A stretch of 64,000 bases of DNA from an uncultured Actinomycetota bacterium (GTDB lineage Bacteria; Actinomycetota; Actinomycetes; Mycobacteriales; Mycobacteriaceae), in NCBI GenBank assembly GCA_963785625.1, contig CAWAWC010000019.1:27008-91007 (forward strand), given 5' to 3'. The notes beneath the pieces were generated by a model. It saw only the letters and a list, made by a program, of their open reading frames with translations, did not search any database and was not told where the DNA came from. A program made the position numbers and the translations under genes. Positions 9,777 through 17,966 of the stretch are shown piece after piece. Positions within the stretch are counted from its first letter, which is position 1, and every line of letters starts with the position of its first letter.

Positions 9777-11132
9777 GTGGCCGACCGGTTGGACGTCGCC
9801 GAGCGCCTTAACGAGGGCCGGCCCGCCGTCGAGCACACCCAGAGCTACGTGCAGGCGTGCCAAGCGCTCGGCTACAGCCACCCCGACCTCACGTCGCACC
9901 CCTCCCGGGTCCGCGACTGGTACGCCAGCGAGGACGGCCTCGACCTGCGCGCGCTCGACGGCGACTGCGAGCAACTGCGGGCGGCGGGGTCGGCGGTCAC
10001 CGAAGCCTTGCGCATCCAACGCGCACAGGTCGCCGAGCTGGCCGCGGCGTGGACGGGCCCGGGCGGGGACGCCGCGGTCCGGTTCCTGGAGCGCCATTGC
10101 GACGCCGGCGCCACGGTGGCCACCGAGCTCCGTGCGGCGGCCCAGCGGTGCGAATCACTGCGCGACAACCTGTGGTACCTGGTCGACTCGAAGGTAGCGA
10201 CTGCCATCGCCGTCGACGAACGCACGCGGGTCCAGCGGGACGATTGGCTGGCCGCGGCGGCTGCGGTCACGACGGGAGCGGGGGACCGGGCGGCCGCCGA
10301 GGAGGTGATACACCAACAGATCGCCCCGTACGTCGACGAGGACATTCGCAACGACTGGCTGACGACGATGCGGTCGACGGTGGCCGGCGTGGCGACCTCC
10401 TACGACATGGTCATCGACAGGATGGCCGCCGCCCCGGCGCCGAACTTCGAGTTCCCCGGCGATCTGCGGCTGGGCGGCCAGCCGCTTTCCTTCCCGAGTG
10501 CGCCGACACCGGCCCCCCGGGTTACGTCCGCGGCAACCACCCCCAACCCGGCGGCGGATCCCACCCCGCCGTCGAGCGTGCCGGCCGCCGCCCCGGCTCC
10601 GGCCACCGCCACCGCCGCGGCGCCGGCGCCTGACCGGGGAACTGCGCTCGGTGATGCGTTGGGCACGCCCGCGGGTGACCTGGGCGGCGGACTGGGCGGT
10701 CTTGGTGGCCTTGCCGGGCTGGCCAGCCGCATCGTCGATGCGATGGGAGGTCTGCTGGGCTCGGCGGGCGACCAGCTGGGCAGTGGGGATCCATTCGGCG
10801 AGGGTGCCGTCGACTATGAAGATCCCTTCCACCCCGACGACGAGGCCGAAAAGGCCGACGAAACCGAAGAGGCCGACGAAACCGAAGAGGCCGACGCGGG
10901 AAAACAGGGCGATCCCGGCGCCCCGGCTCAACCGGCCGACGCGCTGCCGCCCACTGGTGACGCGCGGCCCACCGGTGACGCGCGGCCGTCCGGCGACGTG
11001 CCGCCGCCGACCGACGCGGCAGCGCCGGCTGGCGCGCCCGCACCGGCCGCCGGTGGACCGGCGCCTCCCGGGAAGGGGGAATCAACGCCATGCGAGATAG
11101 CCGCCGATCAACTTCCGCAGGCGGGGCAGTGA
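9777..11132 (+). CDS. Ala/Pro-rich protein with an N-terminal WxG helical-hairpin domain, Rv3439c-like
   Basis: Track ORF 9678..11132 trimmed to GTG 9777, 2 nt after the upstream stop. The N-domain contains AELAAAWTGPGGDAAVRFLERH. The C-terminal roughly 200 aa is P/A/G/D/E low complexity. Confidence 0.7.
   Translation: MADRLDVAERLNEGRPAVEHTQSYVQACQALGYSHPDLTSHPSRVRDWYASEDGLDLRALDGDCEQLRAAGSAVTEALRIQRAQVAELAAAWTGPGGDAAVRFLERHCDAGATVATELRAAAQRCESLRDNLWYLVDSKVATAIAVDERTRVQRDDWLAAAAAVTTGAGDRAAAEEVIHQQIAPYVDEDIRNDWLTTMRSTVAGVATSYDMVIDRMAAAPAPNFEFPGDLRLGGQPLSFPSAPTPAPRVTSAATTPNPAADPTPPSSVPAAAPAPATATAAAPAPDRGTALGDALGTPAGDLGGGLGGLGGLAGLASRIVDAMGGLLGSAGDQLGSGDPFGEGAVDYEDPFHPDDEAEKADETEEADETEEADAGKQGDPGAPAQPADALPPTGDARPTGDARPSGDVPPPTDAAAPAGAPAPAAGGPAPPGKGESTPCEIAADQLPQAGQ
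10854..10896 (+). repeat. In-frame 18-bp tandem repeat (ADETEE x2 plus a partial copy) inside the Ala/Pro-rich gene
   Basis: GCCGACGAAACCGAAGAG occurs at 10854-10871 and 10872-10889, followed by GCCGACG. Confidence 0.9.
10950..11003 (+). repeat. In-frame 18-bp tandem repeat (PTGDAR x2 plus a degenerate PSGDVP)
   Basis: CCCACTGGTGACGCGCGG (10950-10967), CCCACCGGTGACGCGCGG (10968-10985), and a degenerate third unit. Confidence 0.85.
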
Positions 11133-11146
11133 ATAGCAGGGATCGC

Positions 11147-12193
11147 TCAGTTGGGCCGCAGCCGCAGCACTTCCTCGACGTAGCGCACCGCTTCGCGCGG
11201 GTCGGCGGTGATGGGGCTCACCAGCAGGGTCGTCACGCCGGAGTCGGCGAAGGCGGCCAGGCGCTCGGCGACATGGCCGCGCGGGCCGACCAGCGATATT
11301 CCGCGCACCAACTCGTCGGGCACCGCGGCGATGGCCTCCTGCTTGCGTCCGGAGAGGTACAGCTCCTGGATCCAGTCCGCGACTTCGGCGAACCCATAGC
11401 GGGTCGCCAGGTTGTGATAGAAGTTGCGGCCCTTGGCGCCCATGCCGCCGATATAGAGGGCCAGCTGCGGCTTGACCCAGGCCAGTCGCTCATCGACGTC
11501 GTCGCCGATGGCCAGCGTCGCGTGCACCACCACGTCCAGTGGCCCGAGCGCGGAATCCCGCTTGGCAAAGCCGGCGGCCAGCGCGTCGCCCCAGATCGAA
11601 TTGGCTTTCTCGGGGTGGTAGAAGACGGGCTGCCAGCCCTCGGCGATCTCGGCGGTGAGTTCGACGTTCTTCGGGCCCAGCGACGCGATGGTGATCGGAA
11701 TGCGTTCGCGCACGGGGTGATTGATGAGCTGCAGGGCCTTGCCCAAGCCCGTCCCGCGATCCGGCGGCAGCGGGATCTGATAGTGCTTCCCGGCGTATTG
11801 CAACCGTTCGCGCTTCCACACCTTCCGGCAGATCTCCACCACCTCGCGGGTGCGGCCCAACGGGGCGTCGAACGGGACCCCGTGAAACCCCTCGATCACC
11901 TGGGGACCCGACGTGCCGATCCCGAGGCGGAAGCGTCCGTTGGACACGAAGTCCAGGCCCGCGGCGGTCATCGCCAGCAGCGACGGCGTGCGGATGTAGA
12001 TGGGGAACACCCCGGAGCCCAGTTCGACGGTGTTCGTCTTCGCGGCCAGATACCCGAGCTGGCTGACGGCGTCAAACGCATAGGCCTCGGCCACGATCGC
12101 GGCCTCGATGCCGGACTTCTCCAATTCGACGACGCGGTCGACGGCTTCGTGAAACCCGCCCGCATAATCCAGAGCGATCCCGATTCGCATCAA
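11147..12193 (-). CDS. LLM-class (luciferase-like) flavin/F420-dependent oxidoreductase
   Basis: 348-aa MMRIGIALDYAGGFHEAVDRVVELEKSGIEAAIVAEAYAFDAVSQLGYLAAKT...GRFRLGIGTSGPQVIEGFHG... is typical of the luciferase-like monooxygenase fold. Confidence 0.85.
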   Translation of the reverse strand: MMRIGIALDYAGGFHEAVDRVVELEKSGIEAAIVAEAYAFDAVSQLGYLAAKTNTVELGSGVFPIYIRTPSLLAMTAAGLDFVSNGRFRLGIGTSGPQVIEGFHGVPFDAPLGRTREVVEICRKVWKRERLQYAGKHYQIPLPPDRGTGLGKALQLINHPVRERIPITIASLGPKNVELTAEIAEGWQPVFYHPEKANSIWGDALAAGFAKRDSALGPLDVVVHATLAIGDDVDERLAWVKPQLALYIGGMGAKGRNFYHNLATRYGFAEVADWIQELYLSGRKQEAIAAVPDELVRGISLVGPRGHVAERLAAFADSGVTTLLVSPITADPREAVRYVEEVLRLRPN

Positions 12194-12236
12194 AGACAGA
12201 TATCACGATGACGGCTGCGCGCCGCGAAGGGGCGTT

Positions 12237-13076
12237 TCACTTCAACAGCGCGACAATCTTCTCCTCGAGGGCCACCGGGGGCGCCTTGGGATCGACGGGG
12301 TCCGTCTTGGGCAGCGCGACATCCGGATCGGCGAAGTCGCGGTAGGCCTTGTCGCCGCCCAGCGCGTAGAGCAGGTAGCCGGTCAGCAGGGCCCGCACCG
12401 ATCGCTTCGTCTTGCGGTGCGCCCCGGACAGTCCGAGCGTCTTCGTCAGTCGCCGACCTCGGACCAGGCCTCCCGGTTCGGCTTTGCTGACAATGCGTAG
12501 CGTGGCCGTACCCCACGCGGCGGACAGCGCCAGCGCGTCGGAATTCAGGGCCTTGGCATCTCCCGGCGCGGTCAGGATCAGACCTGGGACCTTCAGCGTC
12601 GCGGCCGGCTGCTCGGCCGGGGGACGGGTCACGGTGGGGAAGATCGCCACCGCCGCCGCGGGCTTGGCGGGCATACCGGCCGCGGCGAACACGGCGGCCG
12701 AGCCGCCGAACCCGTGACCCGCCACCCCCAGCTTGGTGGGATGCACGCTGATCCTGCCGGGCCCGAGGCGCACTCCCGACACGATGTCGAGGGCCGTGCC
12801 CAGGTCGAAGGCGAAGTTCAGCACCGAGGGGGCCAGGCCGCGCTGGGTGTCGGGGGCGGCGGCCACGATGCCCCACGACGCCAGGTGCTCCAGCAGGCGC
12901 GAATAGCGCTCGGCACCGGTGAGCCAGTCGTGACCGAAAGCGACGGCGGGCAGATTTAGCCCCGCCTCCGGCGTGTACACGACGCCCGGGAGCCCGGCGA
13001 ACGCCAGGTCACCACGCAAAACTCGATGCGGACCAACGCGGCTGAGGGCTGCGACGAGCTTGCGGGTGCGGGCCAC
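12237..13076 (-). CDS. Alpha/beta-hydrolase-fold protein (Rv3438-like; dienelactone-hydrolase/chlorophyllase-like) with an atypical nucleophile elbow
   Basis: 279-aa ORF. Its motif is VAGHGFGGSAAVF where G-H-S-x-G-G is expected. Confidence 0.7.
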   Translation of the reverse strand: MARTRKLVAALSRVGPHRVLRGDLAFAGLPGVVYTPEAGLNLPAVAFGHDWLTGAERYSRLLEHLASWGIVAAAPDTQRGLAPSVLNFAFDLGTALDIVSGVRLGPGRISVHPTKLGVAGHGFGGSAAVFAAAGMPAKPAAAVAIFPTVTRPPAEQPAATLKVPGLILTAPGDAKALNSDALALSAAWGTATLRIVSKAEPGGLVRGRRLTKTLGLSGAHRKTKRSVRALLTGYLLYALGGDKAYRDFADPDVALPKTDPVDPKAPPVALEEKIVALLK

Positions 13077-13115
13077 GCAGTCGACGTTAGCGCATCGCCG
13101 GTGGTCCCCCGTGGG

Positions 13116-13319
13116 CTAAGCCGTGACCTCGATCAGGCCCACCCGCCACAGCACCGCGTACACCTGGCGCAGCGGGATGCTCAGTAAACGGGCGGCGGCG
13201 TCTACCAATGGATCGCCACCGGCGCCCATCTGCTGGTGACGGGGCCGCTTCGCCCTGGCCTGCTCGGGCGGCGACGCGGGCAGCATGGGTACCACATCGT
13301 CGTGCAAAAGTGCAGTCAT
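13116..13319 (-). CDS. Small hypothetical protein (67 aa) with an HTH-like C-terminus
   Basis: Track ORF 13116..13379 trimmed to ATG 13319, preceded by AAGGGAAGAG. The C-terminus DPLVDAAARLLSIPLRQVYAVLWRVGLIEVTA looks like a short DNA-binding helix-turn-helix. I do not recognise a family. Confidence 0.4.
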   Translation of the reverse strand: MTALLHDDVVPMLPASPPEQARAKRPRHQQMGAGGDPLVDAAARLLSIPLRQVYAVLWRVGLIEVTA

Positions 13320-13325
13320 GACTCT

Positions 13326-13357
13326 TCCCTTGAAGTTGGCGTCCCTTGAAGTTGGCG
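13326..13357. repeat. 16-bp perfect tandem duplication immediately upstream of the small ORF start
   Basis: TCCCTTGAAGTTGGCG occurs at 13326-13341 and 13342-13357. On the minus strand this reads CGCCAACTTCAAGGGA x2, duplicating the SD-like AAGGGA. Confidence 0.9.
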
Positions 13358-13880
13358 CGTGGGCGTTCACGATGGTCATTTCCCGGTATTTTGAGTTAAC
13401 TTCGCGTTAATTTGCCGTTTAAGTTCATTTGCCGTATGGCGATTTCACAATCGCGGCCGAAGCGCATTTGTGGCCGGCTGGAAAGCCCCAGCGGGCTGGC
13501 GGCACTTGTGCGCTAATCCCCTTGATAGCAGCTTACTGGGCTTGATTGGTCGCTTTTCAAACTTGTGCGGTCGAAATCAGGCGAGCCTCTGGGCTTTGTC
13601 CTCCCGCAAAGCAATGACGTTAAAATTGTTTGCCGCGTTAACTTGTATTCGTAAGTTTAAGGCCGACTCCGCTGGCGGGAATGTCCCCAGAGGTAACGTC
13701 GCGAATACAACAGGTGAAAGATTGTTCTTTTTAGGGGGGTCGGTACGAGTTCTTCCAATGCGGACCACAGCGCTTGCGGCCGGCTCACCGGGGTGTTTCT
13801 GCAGCTAAGCGGGCCATCGGTACCGCCGGGCCCGTTCGGCGCGACCGCTTCGGGGGCCGGGCTGCACTACCCTGGTCAGA

Positions 13881-15761
13881 ATGTGCGGAATCGTCGGCTA
13901 CGTCGGGCAGCAGCCTGCCTGCGAGGTCGTCATGGACGCGCTGCGCCGAATGGAGTACCGCGGCTACGACTCGTCGGGAATCGCGCTGGTCGACGGCAGT
14001 GGCACCTCAGGAGGGGGGCTGACCGTGTGTCGTCGCGCGGGCCGGCTGGCCAACCTCGAGGAGGCGGTGGCCGCCATGGCGCCGGGGTCGCTGGCCGGCA
14101 CCACGGGCCTGGGCCACACCCGGTGGGCCACCCACGGACGCCCCACCGACCGCAACGCGCACCCGCACCGCGACGCCGCCGGCAAGATCGCAGTCGTCCA
14201 CAACGGCATCATCGAGAACTACGCGACCCTGCGCGGGGAGCTGGAGGCGCAAGGCGTGGAGTTCGCCAGCGACACCGACACCGAGGTCACGGTGCACCTG
14301 GTGGCCCGGGAATACCGGCACGGCGAGACTGCCGGTGATTTCGCCGCGTCGGTGCTGGCCGTGCTGCGCCGGCTCGAGGGCCACTTCACGTTGGTGTTCG
14401 CCAACGCCGACGAGCCCGGCATGATCGTCGCCGCCCGCCGCTCGACGCCGCTGGTGCTCGGGATCGGCGACGGCGAGATGTTCGTCGGCTCCGACGTGGC
14501 GGCGTTCATCACGCACACCCGCGACGCCGTCGAACTCGGCCAGGACCAGGCCGTCGTGCTCACCGCCGGCGGCTACCGGATCACCGACTTCGACGGCAAC
14601 GAAGACGGCGCGAGTGCCCGCACTTTTCATATCGACTGGGACCTGGCCGCCGCCGAGAAGGGCGGCTACGAGTACTTCATGCTCAAGGAGATCGCCGAGC
14701 AGCCCACCGCGGTGGCCGACACCCTGCTCGGGCATTTCGTCGATGGCCGGATCATCCTCGACGAACAGCGGCTTTCCGACCAGGAACTGCGCGAGGTCGA
14801 CAAGGTTTTCGTGGTGGCCTGCGGCACCGCGTACCACTCCGGGTTGCTGGCGAAATACGCGATCGAGCACTGGACCCGGCTGCCGGTGGAGGTGGAGCTG
14901 GCCAGCGAGTTCCGGTACCGGGACCCGGTGCTGGACCGCAGTACGCTGGTGGTCGCCATCTCGCAGTCCGGTGAAACCGCGGACACGCTCGAAGCGGTCC
15001 GGCACGCCAAGGAGCAGAAGGCCAAGGTCCTGGCGATCTGCAACACCAACGGCTCGCAGATCCCGCGCGAGTGCGACGCCGTGCTGTACACCCGCGCCGG
15101 CCCGGAGATCGGCGTGGCCTCGACCAAGACGTTCCTGGCCCAGATCACCGCCAACTACCTAGTCGGCCTGGCGCTGGCGCAGGCCCGCGGCACCAAGTAC
15201 CCGGACGAGGTCGAGCGCGAATACCGCGAACTCGAAGCGATGCCGGACCTGGTGGCCCAGGTGCTCGCCGGGATCGAGCCGGTGGCCGCCCTGGCCCGCC
15301 AATTCGCGCAATCCTCGACCGTGCTGTTCCTGGGTCGCCATGTCGGCTATCCGGTCGCGCTGGAAGGCGCGCTGAAACTGAAGGAACTGGCCTACATGCA
15401 CGCGGAGGGGTTCGCCGCCGGCGAGCTCAAGCACGGCCCGATCGCGCTGATCGAAGACGGCCTGCCGGTCATCGTCGTGATGCCCTCGCCCAAGGGATCG
15501 GCCGTGCTGCACGGCAAGCTGCTGTCGAACATCCGCGAGATCCAGGCACGCGGCGCGATCACCATCGTGATCGCCGAAGAGGGCGACGAAACCGTTCGCC
15601 CCTATGCCGACCACCTGATCGAAATACCTTCGGTCTCAACACTTCTGCAGCCGCTGTTGTCGACCATCCCGCTCCAGGTGTTCGCCGCGTCGGTGGCGCA
15701 GGCCCGCGGCTACGACGTCGACAAACCGCGAAACCTGGCGAAGTCAGTCACCGTGGAGTAA
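13881..15761 (+). CDS. glmS: Glutamine--fructose-6-phosphate aminotransferase
   Basis: 626-aa MCGIVGYVGQQPA... with an N-terminal Cys nucleophile, two SIS domains, and a ...KPRNLAKSVTVE C-terminus. Confidence 0.97.
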   Translation: MCGIVGYVGQQPACEVVMDALRRMEYRGYDSSGIALVDGSGTSGGGLTVCRRAGRLANLEEAVAAMAPGSLAGTTGLGHTRWATHGRPTDRNAHPHRDAAGKIAVVHNGIIENYATLRGELEAQGVEFASDTDTEVTVHLVAREYRHGETAGDFAASVLAVLRRLEGHFTLVFANADEPGMIVAARRSTPLVLGIGDGEMFVGSDVAAFITHTRDAVELGQDQAVVLTAGGYRITDFDGNEDGASARTFHIDWDLAAAEKGGYEYFMLKEIAEQPTAVADTLLGHFVDGRIILDEQRLSDQELREVDKVFVVACGTAYHSGLLAKYAIEHWTRLPVEVELASEFRYRDPVLDRSTLVVAISQSGETADTLEAVRHAKEQKAKVLAICNTNGSQIPRECDAVLYTRAGPEIGVASTKTFLAQITANYLVGLALAQARGTKYPDEVEREYRELEAMPDLVAQVLAGIEPVAALARQFAQSSTVLFLGRHVGYPVALEGALKLKELAYMHAEGFAAGELKHGPIALIEDGLPVIVVMPSPKGSAVLHGKLLSNIREIQARGAITIVIAEEGDETVRPYADHLIEIPSVSTLLQPLLSTIPLQVFAASVAQARGYDVDKPRNLAKSVTVE

Positions 15762-15764
15762 GCC

Positions 15765-16478
15765 GTGGCGACTGTATCGGTGCGGGCGCGGCTGCGAAGC
15801 ATGGGCCTCGGGGTGTGGCATTTCGTCAGCGGTGCGCCGCTGACCTACGGCTGGCTGTTGGTGCTGATGATCACGACGGCCATCCAGCACGCGCTCCCAA
15901 GGTGGCAACTGCACACGATGCTGCTGCACCACTCCACCAACATCCACGCGTTGGCACGGGATCCGCTCGATGTGCTGTTCTCCAGCCTGCTATGGATCGA
16001 CGGCAGGAACGTGGAACCGTACCTGCTGCTGTTCACCCTCTTTCTCGCGCCGGCCGAACACTGGCTCGGCCACTTGCGTTGGCTCACAGTGGGTTTGACT
16101 TCCCACATCCTGTCCACCTATATCAGCGAAGGCCTGCTCTACTTCGCGATCGAGGAACACGACGCCGCGGACCGGATGGTGCACGCCCGCGATATCGGGG
16201 TCAGCTACTTCCTGGTCGGCGTCATGGCCGTGCTGGCGTACCACATCGCGCGGCCGTGGCGCTGGGGCTATCTCGGGGTGTTGTTCATCATCTTCGGTTT
16301 CCCGCTGCTGACGATGGACCGCATCGAGCTCAACTTCACCGCGATCGGCCACTTCACCTCGGTCCTGATCGGCCTCTGCTTCTACCCGATGGCTCGCGCC
16401 AAGGGTGGCAGGCAGTTGAATCCGGCGCGGATCGGGCCGGCCTTCCGGCGGCGCAGCACCTCCGAGAGGTCCGGCTGA
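15765..16478 (+). CDS. Polytopic membrane protein (Rv3435c/Rv3434c-like)
   Basis: 237-aa ORF with about 6 hydrophobic segments. GTG start 3 nt after the glmS stop. Syntenic with the Mtb membrane-protein genes next to glmS. Confidence 0.65.
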   Translation: MATVSVRARLRSMGLGVWHFVSGAPLTYGWLLVLMITTAIQHALPRWQLHTMLLHHSTNIHALARDPLDVLFSSLLWIDGRNVEPYLLLFTLFLAPAEHWLGHLRWLTVGLTSHILSTYISEGLLYFAIEEHDAADRMVHARDIGVSYFLVGVMAVLAYHIARPWRWGYLGVLFIIFGFPLLTMDRIELNFTAIGHFTSVLIGLCFYPMARAKGGRQLNPARIGPAFRRRSTSERSG

Positions 16479-16516
16479 CGGTAGGGCAACAGGCAGCGGC
16501 ATGGAATGCTGCTGTG

Positions 16517-17947
16517 ATGCGGCATTACTACTCCGTAGACGCGATCCGCGACGCTGAGGCCCCGCTGCTGGCCAGCCTGCCCGACGGCGCCCTGATGAGG
16601 CGCGCGGCCTTCGGACTGGCCACCGAGATCCTCGGCGAGCTGACCGCCCGCACCGGTGGGGTCGCCGGCCGCCGGGTGTGCGCGGTCGTCGGCTCCGGAG
16701 ACAACGGCGGTGACGCGCTGTGGGCGGCGACGTTCCTGCGCCGCCGCGGCGCGGCCGCCGATGCGGTGCTGCTCAATCCGGACCACACCCACCGCAAGGG
16801 GCTGGCGGCGTTCCGGAAAGCCGGTGGCCGCGTCGTCGACAAGGTCTCGGCGGCAACCGATCTCGTCATCGACGGGGTGGTGGGCATCTCCGGCTCGGGG
16901 CCGCTGCGGCCGGCCGCCGCCGAGGTGTTCGCCGGCTTGAGCCGGCCGGACGCCCACGGGATCCCCGTGGTCGCCGTCGACATCCCCAGCGGCATCGACG
17001 TGGCGACCGGAGCGATCACCGGCCCCGCGGTGCACGCCGCGCTGACCGTCACCTTCGGTGGGCTCAAACCCGTGCACGCGCTGGCCGACTGCGGCCGCGT
17101 GAAGCTGATCGACATCGGGCTCGACCTGCCCAAGACGGACGTGCTGGGCTTCGAGGCCGCCGACGTGGCGGCCCGCTGGCCGGTGCCCGGCCCGCACGAC
17201 GACAAGTACACCCAGGGCGTGACGGGTGTGATGGCCGGCTCGTCGACGTACCCGGGCGCCGCGGTGCTGTGCACCGGCGCCACCGTCGCGGCCACCTCCG
17301 GCATGGTCCGCTACGCCGGCAGCGCGCACCGCGAGGTGCTCGCGCACTGGCCCGAGGTAATCGCGTCGCCCACCGCGGCGGCGGCCGGGCGGGTGCAGGC
17401 GTGGGTCGTCGGGCCCGGCCTGGGCACCGACGACACCGGCGCCGCGGCGCTGTGGTTCGCGCTGGAGACCGACCTGCCGGTGATCGTCGACGCCGACGGG
17501 CTGACCATCCTGGCGGCCCACCCCGAGCTCGTCGCGAACCGCGTCGCGCCGACGGTCTTGACCCCGCACGCCGGTGAATTCGCCCGCCTGGCGGGTACCC
17601 CGCCCGGGGACGATCGGGTCGGAGCGTGCCGCAAGCTGGCCGACACGTTCGGCGCCACAGTGCTGCTCAAGGGAAACGTCACCGTCGTCGCCGACCCCGG
17701 CGGCCCGGTGTACCTCAACCCCGCCGGGCAGTCCTGGGCCGCCACCGCCGGCTCCGGCGACGTCCTGTCCGGGATGATCGGCGCCCTGCTGGCCTCCGGC
17801 TTGCCGGCCGCCGAGGCCGCCGCAGCGGCGGCCTTCGTGCACGCCCGGGCGGCGGCGCTGTCGGCCGCCGACCCGGGGCCCGGGGACGCGCCGACGTCGT
17901 CGTCCCGCATGGTTCCGCACATCCGGGCCGCCCTGGCCACTTTGTAG
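16517..17947 (+). CDS. nnr: Bifunctional NAD(P)H-hydrate repair enzyme (epimerase/ADP-dependent dehydratase)
   Basis: C-terminal part of track ORF 15071..17947, trimmed to ATG 16517. MRHYYSVDAIRDAEAPLL..., GSGDNGGDALWAA (YjeF-N) and ...GSGDVLSGMIGALLA (carbohydrate-kinase-like C-domain). Confidence 0.9.
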   Translation: MRHYYSVDAIRDAEAPLLASLPDGALMRRAAFGLATEILGELTARTGGVAGRRVCAVVGSGDNGGDALWAATFLRRRGAAADAVLLNPDHTHRKGLAAFRKAGGRVVDKVSAATDLVIDGVVGISGSGPLRPAAAEVFAGLSRPDAHGIPVVAVDIPSGIDVATGAITGPAVHAALTVTFGGLKPVHALADCGRVKLIDIGLDLPKTDVLGFEAADVAARWPVPGPHDDKYTQGVTGVMAGSSTYPGAAVLCTGATVAATSGMVRYAGSAHREVLAHWPEVIASPTAAAAGRVQAWVVGPGLGTDDTGAAALWFALETDLPVIVDADGLTILAAHPELVANRVAPTVLTPHAGEFARLAGTPPGDDRVGACRKLADTFGATVLLKGNVTVVADPGGPVYLNPAGQSWAATAGSGDVLSGMIGALLASGLPAAEAAAAAAFVHARAAALSAADPGPGDAPTSSSRMVPHIRAALATL

Positions 17948-17966
17948 CACCAAGAAAGGACTCCTA

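Noticed and set aside
8477-9838. Long antisense or off-frame ORFs, e.g. 8477..9838 (-), 17964..19460 (-), 20595..21965 (-), 34517..35767 (-), 35808..37349 (-), 43630..44823 (-), 45465..46793 (-), 57847..59034 (-), 61495..63825 (-)
   Set aside because: All are Arg/Gly/Pro/His-rich, lie opposite or out of frame to genes with clear homology-grade sequences, and are the usual open-frame artefact of high-GC DNA.
13380-13880. Possible glmS ribozyme in the long leader upstream of glmS
   Set aside because: I could not find the conserved glmS ribozyme core or pseudoknot sequence elements by eye. As far as I know this ribozyme is not a feature of mycobacterial glmS. A covariance-model scan (Rfam RF00234) would settle it.
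15071-16516. 958-aa track ORF 15071..17947 as a single giant gene
   Set aside because: Its first roughly 480 codons are an off-frame read through glmS and the membrane-protein gene, giving an Arg/Gly/Pro-rich product. Only the part from 16517 (Nnr) is credible.
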